Positions 1-13,300 are shown, counted from the stretch's first letter. The stretch: DNA of 64,000 nt from Squalus acanthias (GCA_030390025.1 JASTWF010000035.1:2790001-2854000), one strand, 5' to 3'. The notes: generated by a model from the letters alone, not told the origin. Translations and numbers: made by a program.

Positions 1-3000
1 GCTGGAATGACGGCAGTGTCCGGGAGTGAAGCTGGAATGACGCCAGTGTTCGGGAGTGAGGCTGGAATGACGCCAGTGTCCTGGAGTGAAGCTGGAATGA
101 CGCCAGTGTCTGGGAGTGAGGCTGGAATGACGTCAGTGTCCGGGAGTGAAGCTGGAATGACGCCAGAGTGCAGGAGTGAAGCTGGAATGACGCCAGTGTC
201 CAGGAGTGAGGCTGGAATAACGTCAGTATCTGGGAGTGAAGCTGGAATGACGCCAGTGTCCGGGATGAGGCTGGAATGATGGCCGTGTCTGGGAGTGAGG
301 CTGGAATGACTGCAGTGTCCGGGAGTGAGGCTGGAATGACAGCAGTGTCCGGGAGTGAGGCCGGAATGACAGCAGTGTCCGGGAGTGAAGCTGGAATGCC
401 GGCAGTGTCCGGGAGTGAGGCTGGAATGACGGCAGTGTCCGGGAGTGAGGCTGGAATGACGCCAGTGTCCGGGAGTGAGGCCGGAATGACGGCAGTGTCC
501 GGGAGTGAGGCTGGAATGCCAGCAGTGTACGGGAGTGAGGCTGGAATGATGCCAGTGTCCGGGAGTGAGGCTGGAATGGCGGCAGTGTTCGGGAGTGCGG
601 CTGGAATGACGGCAGTGTCCGGGAGTGCGGCTGGAATGACGGCAGTGTCCGGGAGTGAAGCTGGAATGACGCCAGTGTCCGGGAGTGAGGCTGGAATGAA
701 GGCAGTTTCCGGGAGTAAAGCTGGAATGACGCCAGTGTCCGGGAGTGAGGCTGGAATGACGGCAGTGTCCGGGAGTAAAGCTGGAATGACGCCAGTGTCC
801 GGGAGTGAGGCTGGAATGACGGCAGTGTCCGGGAGTAAAGCTGGAATGACGCCAGTGTCTGGGAGTGAGGCTGGAATGACGTCAGTGTCTGGGAGTGAAG
901 CTGGAATGACGCCAGTGTCCGGGAGTGAGGCTGGAATGCCGGCAGTGTCCAGGAGTGAGGCTGGAATGCCAGCAGTGTCCGGAAGTGAGGCTAGAATGCC
1001 GGCAGTGTTCGGGAGTGAGGCTGGAATGCCAGCAGTGTCCGGGAGTGAGGCTGGAATGACGGCAATGTCCGGGAGTGAGGCTGGAATGACGGCAGTGTCC
1101 GGGAGTGAAGCTGGAATGACGCCAGTGTTCGGGAGTGAGGCTGGAATGACGCCAGTGTCCTGGAGTGAAGCTGGAATGACGCCAGTGTCTGGGAGTGAGG
1201 CTGGAATGACGTCAGTGTCCGGGAGTGAAGCTGGAATGACGCCAGAGTGCAGGAGTGAAGCTGGAATGACGCCAGTGTCCAGGAGTGAGGCTGGAATAAC
1301 GTCAGTATCTGGGAGTGAAGCTGGAATGACGCCAGTGTCCGGGATGAGGCTGGAATGATGGCCGTGTCTGGGAGTGAGGCTGGAATGACTGCAGTGTCCG
1401 GGAGTGAGGCTGGAATGACAGCAGTGTCCGGGAGTGAGGCCGGAATGACAGCAGTGTCCGGGAGTGAAGCTGGAATGCCGGCAGTGTCCGGGAGTGAGGC
1501 TGGAATGACGGCAGTGTCCGGGAGTGAGGCTGGAATGACGCCAGTGTCCGGGAGTGAGGCCGGAATGACGGCAGTGTCCGGGAGTGAGGCTGGAATGACG
1601 GCAATGTCCAGGAGTGAGGCTGGAATGACGGCAGTGTCCGGGAGTGAAGCTGGAAAAACGCCAGTGTTCGGGAGTGAGGCTGGAATGACGCCAGTGTCCG
1701 GGAGTGAAGCTGGAATGACGCCAGTGTCTGGGAGTGAGGCTGGAATGACGTCAGTGTCCGGGAGTGAAGCTGGAATGACGCCAGTGTCCAGGAGTGAAGC
1801 TGGAATGACGCCAGTGTCCAGGAGTGAGGCTGGAATAACGTCAGTATCTGGGAGTGAAGCTGGAATGACGCCAGTGTCCGGGAGTGACTCCGGAATGATG
1901 GCAGTGTCCGGGAGTGAGGCCGGAATGATGGCAGTGTCCGGGAGTGAGGCCGGAATGACAGCAGTGTCCGGGAGTAAAGCTGGAATGCTGGCAGTGTCCG
2001 GGAGTGAAGCTCGAATGACGCCAGTGTCCGGGAGTGAAGCTGGAATGACGCCAGTGTCTGGGAGTGAGGCTGGAATGACGGCAGTGTCCGGGAGTGAGGC
2101 TGGAATGCCAGCAGTGTACGGGAGTGAGGCTGGAATGCCGGGAGTGAGGCTGGAATGCCGGCAGTGTCCGGGAGTGAGGCTAGAATGCCGGCAGTGTTCG
2201 GGAGTGAGGCTGGAATGCCAGCAGTGGCCGGGAGTGAGGCTGGAATGACGGCAATGTCCAGGAGTGAGGCTGGAATGACGGCAGTGTCCGGGAGTGAAGC
2301 TGGAAAAACGCCAGTGTTCGGGAGTGAGGCTGGAATGACGCCAGTGTCCGGGAGTGAAGCTGGAATGACGCCAGTGTCTGGGAGTGAGGCTGGAATGACG
2401 TCAGTGTCCGGGAGTGAAGCTGGAATGACGCCAGTGTCCAGGAGTGAAGCTGGAATGACGCCAGTGTCCAGGAGTGAGGCTGGAATAACGTCAGTATCTG
2501 GGAGTGAAGCTGGAATGACGCCAGTGTCCGGGAGTGACTCCGGAATGATGGCAGTGTCCGGGAGTGAGGCCGGAATGATGGCAGTGTCCGGGAGTGAGGC
2601 CGGAATGACAGCAGTGTCCGGGAGTAAAGCTGGAATGCTGGCAGTGTCCGGGAGTGAAGCTCGAATGACGCCAGTGTCCGGGAGTGAAGCTGGAATGACG
2701 CCAGTGTCTGGGAGTGAGGCTGGAATGACGGCAGTGTCCGGGAGTGAGGCTGGAATGCCAGCAGTGTACGGGAGTGAGGCTGGAATGCCGGGAGTGAGGC
2801 TGGAATGCCGGCAGTGTCCGGGAGTGAGGCTAGAATGCCGGCAGTGTTCGGGAGTGAGGCTGGAATGCCGGCAGTGGCCGGGAGTGAGGCTGGAATGACG
2901 GCAATGTCCAGGAGTGAGGCTGGAATGACATCAGTGTCCGGGAGTCATGCTGGAAAAACGCCAGTGTTCGGGAGTGAGGCTGGAATGACGCCAGTCTCCG

Positions 3001-5945
3001 GGAGTGAAGCTGGAATGACGCCAGTGTCTGGGAGTGAGGCTGGAATGCCGGCAGTGTCCAGGAGTGAGGCTGGAATGCCAGCAGTGTCCGGAAGTGAGGC
3101 TAGAATGCCGGCAGTGTTCGGGAGTGAGGCTGGAATGCCAGCAGTGTCCGGGAGTGAGGCTGGAATGACGGCAATGTCCGGGAGTGAGGCTGGAATGACG
3201 GCAGTGTCCGGGAGTGAAGCTGGAATGACGCCAGTGTTCGGGAGTGAGGCTGGAATGACGCCAGTGTCCTGGAGTGAAGCTGGAATGACGCCAGTGTCTG
3301 GGAGTGAGGCTGGAATGACGTCAGTGTCCGGGAGTGAAGCTGGAATGACGCCAGAGTGCAGGAGTGAAGCTGGAATGACGCCAGTGTCCAGGAGTGAGGC
3401 TGGAATAACGTCAGTATCTGGGAGTGAAGCTGGAATGACGCCAGTGTCCGGGATGAGGCTGGAATGATGGCCGTGTCTGGGAGTGAGGCTGGAATGACTG
3501 CAGTGTCCGGGAGTGAGGCTGGAATGACAGCAGTGTCCGGGAGTGAGGCCGGAATGACAGCAGTGTCCGGGAGTGAAGCTGGAATGCCGGCAGTGTCCGG
3601 GAGTGAGGCTGGAATGACGGCAGTGTCCGGGAGTGAGGCTGGAATGACGCCAGTGTCCGGGAGTGAGGCCGGAATGACGGCAGTGTCCGGGAGTGAGGCT
3701 GGAATGCCAGCAGTGTACGGGAGTGAGGCTGGAATGATGCCAGTGTCCGGGAGTGAGGCTGGAATGGCGGCAGTGTTCGGGAGTGCGGCTGGAATGACGG
3801 CAGTGTCCGGGAGTGCGGCTGGAATGACGGCAGTGTCCGGGAGTGAAGCTGGAATGACGCCAGTGTCCGGGAGTGAGGCTGGAATGAAGGCAGTTTCCGG
3901 GAGTAAAGCTGGAATGACGCCAGTGTCCGGGAGTGAGGCTGGAATGACGGCAGTGTCCGGGAGTAAAGCTGGAATGACGCCAGTGTCCGGGAGTGAGGCT
4001 GGAATGACGGCAGTGTCCGGGAGTAAAGCTGGAATGACGCCAGTGTCTGGGAGTGAGGCTGGAATGACGTCAGTGTCTGGGAGTGAAGCTGGAATGACGC
4101 CAGTGTCCGGGAGTGAGGCTGGAATGAAGGCAGTGTCCGGGAGTAAAGCTGGAATGACGCCAGTGTCCGGCAGTGAGGCTGAAATGACGGCAGTCTCCGG
4201 GAGTGAAGCTGGAATGGCGCCAGTGTCCAAGAGTGAGGCTGGAATAACGTCAGTATCCGGGAGTGAAGCTGGAATGACGCCAGTGTCCGGGAGTGAGGCT
4301 GGAATGACGGCAGTGTCTGGGAGTGAGGCTGGAATGACTGCAGTGTCCGGGAGTGAGGCTGGAATGACGGCAGTGTCCGGGAGTGAGGCCGGAATGACAG
4401 CAGTGTCCGGGAGTGAGGCTGGAATGCCGGCAGTGTCCGGGAGTGAGGCTGGAATGACGGCAGTGTCCGGGAGTGAGGCTGGAATGACGCCAGTGTCCGG
4501 GAGTGAGGCTGGAATGACGGCAGTGTCCGGGAGTGAGGCTGGAATGCCAGCAGTGTACGGGAGTGAGGCTGGAATGACGCCAGTGTCCGGGAGTGAGGCT
4601 GGAATGACTGCAGTGTCCGGGAGTGAGGCTAGAATGCCGGCAGTGTTCGGGAGTGAGGCTGGAATGACGGCAGTGTCCGGGAGTGCGGCTGGAATGTCAG
4701 CAGTGTACGGGAGTGAGGCTGGAATGACTGCAGTGTCCGGGAGTGAGGCTGGAATGCCGCCAGTGTTCGGGAGTGAGGCTGGAATGACGGCAGTGTCTGG
4801 GAGTGCGGCTGGAATGACGGCAGTGTCTGGGAGTGAGGCTGGAATGACGTCAGTGTCTGGGAGTGAGGCTGGAATGACGCCAGTGTCCGGGAGTGAAGCT
4901 GGAATGACGCCAGTGTCTGGGAGTGAGGCTGGAATGACGTCAGTGTCCGGGAGTGAAGCTGGAATGACGCCAGTGTCCAGGAGTGAAGCTGGAATGACGC
5001 CAGTGTCCAGGAGTGAGGCTGGAATAACGCCAGTAACCGGGAGTGAAGCTGGAATGACGCCAGTGTCCGGGAGTGAGTCTGGAATGACGGCTGTGTCTGG
5101 GAGTGAGGCTGGAATGACTGCAGTGTCCGGGAGTGAGGCTGGAATGACGGCAATGTCCGGGAGTTAGGCCGGAATGACGGCAGTGTCCGAGAGTGAAGCT
5201 GGAATGCCGGCAGTGTTCGGGAGTGAGGCTGGAATGACGGCAGTGTCCGGGCGTGAGGCTGGAATGACGCCAGTGTCCGGGAGTGAGGCCGGAATGACGG
5301 CAGTGTCCGGGAGTGAGGCTGGAATGCCGGCAGTGTCCAGGAGTGAGGCTGGAATGCCAGCAGTGTACGGGAGTGAGGCTGGAATGACGCCAGTGTCCGG
5401 GAGTGAGGCTGGAATGACTGCAGTGTCCGGGAGTGAGGCTAGAATGCCGGCTGTGTTCGGGAGTGAGGCTGGAATGCCGGCAGTGTCCAGGGAGTGAGGC
5501 TGGAATGACGGCAGTGTCCGGGAGTGAGGCTGGAATGACGGCAGTGTCCGGGAGTGAAGCTGGAATGACGCCAGTGTCCGGGAGTGAGGCTGGAATGACA
5601 GCTGTGTCCGGGAGTAAAGCTGGAATGACGCCAGTGTCCAGGAGTGAAGCTGGAATGACGCCAGTGTCCAGGAGTGAAGCTGGAATGACGCCAGTGTCCA
5701 GGAGTGAAGCTGGAATGACGCCAGTGTCCAGGAGTGAAGCTGGAATGACGCCAGTGTCTGGGAGTGAGGCTGGAATGACGTCAGTGTCCAGGAGTGAAGC
5801 TGGAATGACGCCAGTGTCCAGGAGTGAAGCTGGAATGACGCCAGTGTCTGGGAGTGAGGCTGGAATGACGCCAGTGTCCAGGAGTGAAGCTGGAATGACG
5901 CCAGTGTCCAGGAGTGAGGCTGGAATGACGGCCGTGTCCTGGAAC
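1..5945. repeat. 30-bp tandem satellite/minisatellite, consensus GCTGGAATGACGCCAGTGTCCGGGAGTGAG, ~198 units, continues off the left edge
   Basis: Direct 30-nt periodicity with variant positions (GAG/GAA, GAC/GCC, GCC/GGC); fades out at ~5940. Confidence 0.98.
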
Positions 5946-6054
5946 TCTGAATGGTGGCTCAGGTCTGGGAATGAAGCTTCAGAAGCTCCACCAGTGGAAG
6001 ATTGGACCCATGGCAGCTGTAGCTGCTCACTCAATAAGGGAAATCTTATCTAGA

Positions 6055-6069
6055 TGCCACCTGGAGGCG
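6055..6069 (-). promoter_or_regulatory. Possible CTCF-binding motif
   Basis: Minus strand reads CGCCTCCAGGTGGCA, close to the CTCF core CCACCAGGKGGCR; motif match only. Confidence 0.3.
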
Positions 6070-6264
6070 TGGCAGACAATGGTGATGCCAAAAAAAAGAG
6101 CGTGTGGCACACATACCAATTTGAATATATTATAGATAGATATTTCAGCAGTTTTCCCAGTAGGTAGTCACCTCCTTTAGATGCTGTAATTTCTGGATGG
6201 AGTGGGGTTGTGAGCCCGAGACCTTTTCTTACTCCTTGCTTTCTTATCTCCTTACATTTCACAG

Positions 6265-6360
6265 CAGAAAAAGTTGATCCTAAAAGTCTAAAACCAACCC
6301 CTGGAATTATCGAAAACAATTTCATCCATCTTAAAGCAAGAACAACCGGTGCTGGACGCG
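6265..6360 (+). CDS. Candidate internal exon (96 nt, phase 1-1) of an unidentified host gene: xEKVDPKSLKPTPGIIENNFIHLKARTTGAGR
   Basis: Long polypyrimidine tract (ccttttcttactccttgctttcttatctccttacatttcacag), tandem CAG-CAG acceptor, G|GTAAGG donor at 6361, length divisible by 3, open only in the phase-1 frame, non-repetitive. Confidence 0.7.
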
Positions 6361-6532
6361 GTAAGGGAACTCTGAGAACTCTCTTAGTCATTTACAGCAA
6401 CCTCTGTCCTACTGTGGCCCAAAGAGGGATCAACCGCCTCAGGATTCACATACACCCAGAGACCAATGTCATGGCTGAACAGAATGGCACTGAAATACTG
6501 TGAGAGTTCCACTGATCTCCCACCAGAGTCAG

Positions 6533-6960
6533 AGAACATAAGAACAGGAGGAGGCCATTCAGCCCCTCGAGCCTTTTCTGCCATTCAATTAGATCATGGC
6601 TGATCTGTATCTTAAATCCATCTACCCGCCTTGGTTCCGAATCCCTTAATACCCTTGCTTAATAAAAATCTAGCAATCTCAGTTTTGAAATTTTCAATTG
6701 ACCCCCAGCCTCAACAGCTTTTTGGGAGGGGAGAGTTCCAGATTTCCACCACCCTTTGTGTGAAGAAGTGCCTCCTGACATCACCCCTGAACAGCCTGGC
6801 TCTAATTTTAAGGTTATGCCCCTTGTTCTGGACTCCCCCCACCAGAGGAAATAGTTTCTCCCTGTCTGCCCTATCAACTTCTTTAATCATCTTAAACACC
6901 TCAATTAGATCACCCCCTAATATTCTATACTTAGGCCTCGTCTATGCAACCAGTCCACAT
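6533..6960 (-). mobile_element. CR1-clade LINE 3' fragment (ORF2 C-terminus + 3' UTR + short tandem tail)
   Basis: ORF 6711-6899 (LFPLVG...GHNLKIR...FFTQRVVEIWNS); tail agaacataagaac at the left end. Confidence 0.9.
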
Positions 6961-7668
6961 AATTCACCCTTTTAGCCCAGGGCAGGAGACTGGGAAAACC
7001 CACGGAATTGGAAGGCCAGGATATTCATTGTTAATGACAGAAATACAGAACCAGCAGCTACTTCCCATCTCATTTTGATATAAAAAACAAAAGTGAGGTT
7101 TGTGGTCTGTCCAGCAAGACAAATCATGGGGCTGCCTGACCTCTAAAGGTGGTTGCACTCAGTATTGGCACTCGGCCCCACGTTCTATAATGAGCTACAT
7201 GGTCCTGTTGGTGGTTGTAATTTGTCCTTTATCATTATGTTTTACGTTTTAAAGTTTCTGGGTGCAGGCATATTCTCAGACTCGGCCCAATGGAATATCA
7301 CATGGAAAGTGGTGCCCGCCGTCTGCCATTTCCATTCACAGCATCATTAGGGAAAGCTTGTCTCTTTCTCAGAGCAGTGATGACACATCAGAGGGAGCTC
7401 AACACCTCAGGGTAGATTTTTTGACTGGCGTTGTTCCCATACAAACACTTAACACACTTGTGTTAAATCCCTCAATGTGCTTTTATAACAAAAATATGCC
7501 TCAAAATATCTGCATAAGAATGCCATAATAATGAGTGGCGGAGAGACCCACACGTCTCACTTTATGGCATGTTCGATCTATCCAGTGACAGCCAGCCAGG
7601 TGTGGTATCAGTAGTTTGTCAATGAGTATTATTGAGCTGATATTTCAGGTGTTACTGTTTTACTGCAG

Positions 7669-7728
7669 GTTTTAGAACTGGCACAACCACACCACAGGTT
7701 GTGGTGACAGGGATACATGAAGATTCCG
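7669..7728 (+). CDS. Candidate internal exon (60 nt, phase 1-1): (G)FRTGTTTPQVVVTGIHEDS
   Basis: Acceptor ctgttttactgcag, donor G|GTAAGG at 7729, 60 nt, open and in frame with the 6265-6360 exon. Confidence 0.65.
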
Positions 7729-8067
7729 GTAAGGAAATGCGCCAAAGGAACCGTTTAACCATTCCCGGGGAATCTTGTTTTACAGTCTCCAATTGAACAG
7801 ACGGATGTTTTTGGCAGCCAACATTTCTGAAAAGTAACCACAATCTCATGTGATTAATTATTGCCCGTGTCAGCAGTCACTTTTCCAACCTTGAGTGTCG
7901 AACATAATCATGGCAGGTTACAGCATGTTCCAAGTCACAAGTGACTCACAGAGAAGGGGCCAGCTCAGCAGATCCTGTGATAATTGTGCACGCTGTGTGA
8001 CACACTGTCATGTATTGGATCAAACAAACCAGTTAAATAGGCAGTGTCTGCATTAGAATTTTAAGGT

Positions 8068-8165
8068 AAATAACAACAGAAATTGCTGAAAACATTCAGC
8101 AGGTCAGGCAGCATCAAGGAGAGAGAAACAGAGTTAACGTTTCGGGTCGAGGACCCCTCATTCGA
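8068..8165 (-). mobile_element. Degraded Penelope-like pLTR remnant of a second family, with a decayed hammerhead motif
   Basis: Minus strand: ...atgagGGGTCctcGACCC-GAAACGTT-aactctgtttctctctcc...gatgctgcctgacctgctga; stem II, GAAA and a palindromic stem III are retained, the CUGAnGA core is degenerate. Confidence 0.6.
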
Positions 8166-8429
8166 AATTCAAGGATCTGGCTTCTCAGAGTGGGAATGTT
8201 CCATAGCACAGCCATTCTGGGTGAAGGTGGTCAGAATTCTCCGCTTAGATTTCCAACATAATGCCTAAGTTTTCAGATTGATGCTGTTAAGATAATGAGG
8301 AATTCTGGCCTTGTGTGTGTTGGTTCCAGCTTGAATATATCAGTGGCCCGTACAACAATTTCATCACGTTGGGATGACAATTGGCCACATTGTCCAAGTG
8401 TCGAGATTACTTTTTTAAATTTGATTTCA

Positions 8430-9375
8430 AGATATGGGCAATGCTGGAAGGGCACATTTGTTTCCCTAGTGGTGGTGCTGGGCCTTTCTGTTGTCTAGGC
8501 CATTTCAGAAAGCACTGAGTCAACTACAGACTACTGAAAGCAGATGTAGGCTGGACAAGGTGGAGGTAGTAGGCTCCCTTCCCTGAACAATATTAGTGAA
8601 ACACTTGGGTTTTTACAACAAACTAACAGCTTTAACAGTCATTAGAACATAAGAAACAGGAGCAGGAGTAGACCAATCGGCCCCTCGAACCTGCTCCGCC
8701 ATTCAATGAGATCATGGCTGATCCAATCTTGTCCTCAACACCACTTTCCCGCTCTCTCCCCAAAGCCCTTGACTCCCTTGTAGTTCAAATGTCTGTCTAT
8801 CTCAGCCTTGAATATATTCAATGACTCCGCCTCCACAGCTCTCTGGGGTAGAGAATTCCAAAGATTCACAACCCTGAGAGATGAAATTCCTCCTCATCTC
8901 CGTCTTAAATGGGCGACCCCTTATTCTGAAACTATGCCCCCTAGTTCTAGATTCCCCCACAGGGGGAAACATCCTCTCAGCATCCACCCTGTCAATCCCC
9001 CTCAGAATCTTATATGTTTCAATAAGATCACCTCTCATTCTTCTAAACTCCAATGAGTATAGGCCCAACCTGCTCAACCTTTCGTCATAAGTCAACCCCT
9101 TCATCTCAGGAATCAACCTAGTGAACCTTCCCTGCACTGCCTCCAATGCAAGTATATCCTTCCTTAAATATGGAGACCAAAACTGCACGCAGTACTCCAG
9201 TGCAGTCTCACCAGCGCCCTGTAAAGTTGCATCAAAACTTCCCTTGTCATTTCTTTTCCTAATGCCAGCTCACAAATTTATTCAATTCAATATCACAGCT
9301 TACATCACATGTTCGCATATGAACTCATGACCTCTGGGTCACTAGTCCCAGGGGTTACAAGGCTACCATGCCCAT
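8430..9375 (-). mobile_element. Decayed tRNA-derived SINE split by a LINE insertion (head ~9245-9375, body/tail ~8430-8640)
   Basis: Minus strand starts gggcatggtagccttgt...gactagtgacccagaggtcatgagttca (A/B-box-like); body resembles from memory an abundant shark SINE (gtaaaaaccca..ttcactaat...agggaagg). Not database-checked. Confidence 0.5.
8644..9240 (-). mobile_element. CR1-clade LINE 3' fragment nested in the SINE
   Basis: ORF 8802-9188 (QFWSPYLRKDILALEAVQGRFTRLIP...RGDLIETYKI); tail agaacataagaa at 8645. Confidence 0.92.
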
Positions 9376-9489
9376 TGAGGCAACAGAAATCAGTTTGGAT
9401 GAAGAGCATGCTTTGGCCCATTTAATCTAATTCAAAAGAAATACATGTTGCCATGAGAATGAAGTACCAATGCATTTTAAGCTTATTAC

Positions 9490-9995
9490 ATAGGATTACA
9501 CAGGATATATGGCACAGAAACAGGTCATTTGGCTCAACCAGTCCATGTCAGCGTTTATGCTCCACTCGAGCCTCCTCTCGTCTTTCCTCATCTAACTCTA
9601 TCAGCATAACCCTCTATTCCCTTCTCCCTCATATAATGATCTAATTGCCCCTTAAATGCATCTATGCTATTCACTTCAACCACTCTCTGTGGTGGCGAGT
9701 TCCACATTCTCACCACTCTCTGGGTAAAGAAGTTTCTTCTGAATTCCCTATTGGATTTCTTGGTGACTATCTTATATTGATGGCCTCTCGTTTTGCTCTT
9801 CCCCACAAGTGGAAACACTCTCTCTGTATCTACTCTATCAAAACCTTTCGTAATTTTAAAGACCTCTATTAGGTCACCCCTCGGCCTTTTTTCAAGAGAA
9901 AAGAAACTCAGCCTGTTCATCCTTTCCTGATAGGTATACCCTCGCATTCCTGGTATCATCCATGTAAATCTTCTCTGCACCCTGTCCAGTGCCTG
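9490..9995 (-). mobile_element. CR1-clade LINE 3' fragment (different subfamily 3' UTR)
   Basis: ORF 9588-9980 (QRRFTWMIPG...RGDLIEVFKI...RRNFFTQRVVRMWNS). Confidence 0.9.
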
Positions 9996-10040
9996 ATGAA
10001 CAAGACTTGTTCAAACAGTTCTCTTTCATAATCATGCAAC

Positions 10041-10380
10041 AGAACATAAGAAATAGGAGCTGGAGTAGGCCATTTGGCCCTTCGAGCCTGCTCCGCCATT
10101 CAACAAGATCATGGCTGATCTTCTACCTCAACTCCACCTTCCCGCACTATCCCCATATCCCTTAATTCCCTTAGTTCCCAAAAATTTATCAACCTCTGTC
10201 TTGAATATACTCAACGACTGAGTATCCACAGCTCTCTGGGGTAGAGAATTTCAAAGATTCACAACCCTCTGAGTGAAGAAATTCCTCCTCACCTCAGTCC
10301 TAAATGGCCGACCCCTTATTCTGAGACTGTGACCCCGTGTTCTAGACTCCCCAGCCAGGGGAAACATTTTCTCAGCATTA
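10041..10380 (-). mobile_element. CR1-clade LINE 3' fragment
   Basis: agaacataagaaataggagc tail and 3' UTR closely similar to the 8644 and 21260 copies. Confidence 0.88.
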
Positions 10381-10384
10381 ACCA

Positions 10385-13300
10385 GTCAGAAGAAGGGGGG
10401 CAGGCAGGTAGTCAGGAAAGCCCCAGAGTGCATCTCACTCAACAACCGTTTTTCTGTGTTGGAAAACGGTGAAAGTGACGGTTCCTCTGGGGAGTGCAGC
10501 CAGAGCCAAGTTAACGGCACTGTGGGTGGCTCAGCTGCACAAGCGGGGAAGAGTAAGAGTGGAAGGGCAATAGTGGTAGGAGACTCAATAGTGAGGGGTG
10601 CAGACAGGCATTTCTACGGCCGCAGACGTGACTCCAGGATGGTATGTTGCCTCCCTGGTGCCAGGGTCAAGGATGTCACTGAACGGCTGCAGGGCATTCT
10701 GAAGGGGGAGGGTGAACAGTCAGAGGTCGTGGTTCACATTGGTACCAACGACATGGGTAGAAAGAGGGATGAGGTCCTGCAACAAGAATTTAGGGAGCTA
10801 GGTAGCAGATTAAAAAGCAGGACCTCAAAGGTTGTAATCTCTGGATTACTCCCGGTGCCACGTGCTAGTGAGTATAGGAATAGGAGGATAGAGCAGATGA
10901 ATGCGTGGCTAAAGAGTTGGTGCAGGAGGGAGGGCTTTAGTTTCCTGGATCACTGGGTCTGTCTCTGGGGAAGGTGGGACCTGTACAAGTCGGACGGGTT
11001 GCACCTGAACCGGAACGAGACCAACATCCTTGCAGGGAGGTTTGCTATTGCTGTTGTGGGGGGGTTTAAACTAACTTGGCAGGGGGATGGGATACGGAGT
11101 GGAGCTATAGTAGGGGGTGAGGCATAACCAAATATAGAGGAAAAAACAAGTCAGCCTGGAAGGCAGAGCAAATATGTAACGGCACAAGGTAGTATGGCAA
11201 GGCTGGATGGCATTTATTTTAATGCAAGGAGTCTTGCGAGTAAGGCAGATGAATTGAAGGTGTTGATGAACATATGGGAGTATGATATACAGAGACATGG
11301 TTGCGGGAGGGGCAGGACTGGCAGCTCAATATTCCGGGGTATAGAATCTTCAGGCGAGTAGAGGGGGGTGTAAAAGAGGAGGGGGTGTCGCAATATTAAT
11401 CAAGGAGTCAATTACTGCAGTAAGGAGGGATGATATCTCAGCAGGTTCCTCTAATGAGGCCATATGGGTAGAACTTAAAAACAAAAAGGGGGCAGGCACT
11501 TTGCTGGGAGTGTACTATAGGCCCCCAAACAATCAGGAGGAGATAGAGGAACAGATATGTAGGCAAATCTCAGAGAAGTGCAGAAATAATAGGGTAATAA
11601 CAGTAGGGGATTTCAACTTCCCCAATATTAACTGGGATAGTCAGAGTGTGAAAGGCTTAGAGGGTGTGGAATTCTTAAAGTGCATCCAGGAGAGCTTTTT
11701 GAGCCAGCATGTAGAAAGTCCTACAAGAGAGAGGGCAGTACTGGACCTAATTCTAGGGAATGTAGCTGGGCAAGTGGTAGAAGTGTCAGTAGGAGAGCGT
11801 TTTGGTGACAGTGACCATAATTCGTTGAGATTTAAGGTAGTCATGGAAAAGGACAAAGATGGACCGGAAATAAAGGTTCCAAACTGGGGGAAGGCCGATT
11901 TTAATATGATAAGGCAGGATCTGGCCAAAGTGTACTGGGATCAGCTACTTGTAGGAAAATCCACATCAGAGCAGTGGGAGTCATTGAGAAAGGAAATAGA
12001 GAGAGTACAATGGCAACATGTTCCCATAAAGGTCAAGGGTGGGACCAACAAGTCCACGGAACCCTGGATGTCAAGGGATATACAAGAATAGATTAGGAAA
12101 AAAAGGGAGGCTTTTGTCAGAGACAAAGGACTAAAAACAGTGGAAGCCCTAGAGGAGTATAGAAAGTGCAGGGGGTACTTAAAAAAGAAATTAGGAGAGC
12201 GAAGAGAATGCATGAAAAAACACTGGCGGACAAAATAAAGGAAAATCCCAAGGTGTTTTATAAGTATATTAAGGGCAAGAGGATAACCAGGGAAAGAGTA
12301 GGGCCCATTAGGGACCAAAGTGGCAATCTGTGTGTAGAGCCGGAAGATGTAGGTGAGGATTTAAATGAATATTTTGCATTTGTGTTCACTATGGAGAAGG
12401 ATGATGTAGGCATAGAAATCAGGCAGGGGGATTGTGATATACTTGTACAAATTAGCATTGAGAGGGAGGAGGTACTAGCGGTTTTAGCGGGCTTAAAAGT
12501 GGATAAATCCCCAGGCCCAGACGAGATGTATCCCAGGCTGCTGTATGAGGCAAGGGAGGAGATTGCAGGAGCTCTGACACAAACTTTCAGAACCTCTCTG
12601 GCCACAGGGGAGGTGCCAGAGGACTGGAGGACAGCTAACGTAGTACCATTATTCAAGAAGGGTAGTAGGGATAAACCAGGGAATTACAGGCCAGTGAGCC
12701 TAACATCAGTGTAGGGGAAATTATTGGAAAAAATTCTCAGGGACAGAATTAGTCTCCACTTGGAGAGGCAAGGATTAATCAAGGAGAGATCATGTCTAAC
12801 CAATTTGATTTAATTTTTCGAGGGGGTGACTAGGTGTGTAGATGAGGGTAGTGTAGTTGATGTAGTCTACATGGACTTCAGTAAGGCTTTTGACAAAGTC
12901 CCGCATGAGAGACTGGTCAAGATGGTAAGAGCCCATGGGATCCAGGGCAATTTGGCACATTGGAGCCAAAATTGGCTTAGTGGCAGGAGGCAGAGGGTGA
13001 TGGTCGAAGGTTGTTTTTGTGACTGGAAGCCTGTGCCCAGTGGTGTACCGCAGGGATCAGTGCTGGGTCCCTTGCTGTTTGTAGTGTACATTAATGATTT
13101 AGATATGAATGTAGGAGGTATGATCAGTAAGTTCGCAGATGACACGAAAATTGGTGGAGTGGTAAATAGCGAGGAGGGAAGCCTCAGGCTGCAGGACGAT
13201 ATAGACAGGTTGGTCAGATGGGCAGAACAGTGGCAAATGGAATTTAACCCTGAAAAGTGTGAGTTGATGCATTTTTGGAGGACTAACAAGGCAAGGGAAT

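Noticed and set aside
7..6053. Long ORFs of (MTPVSGSEAG)n or (DTGVIPASLP)n as a mucin-like coding exon
   Set aside because: A 30-bp unit without a stop in one frame is open by default. Frameshifting units (265, 1344, 3453, ~2135, ~2785, ~5490) recur within duplicated blocks and there is an in-frame TAG at 5165.
7255..7411. Additional exon (ttttaaag acceptor, gtagat donor)
   Set aside because: Weak donor and 157-nt length, not phase-compatible with the neighbouring phase-1 exons.
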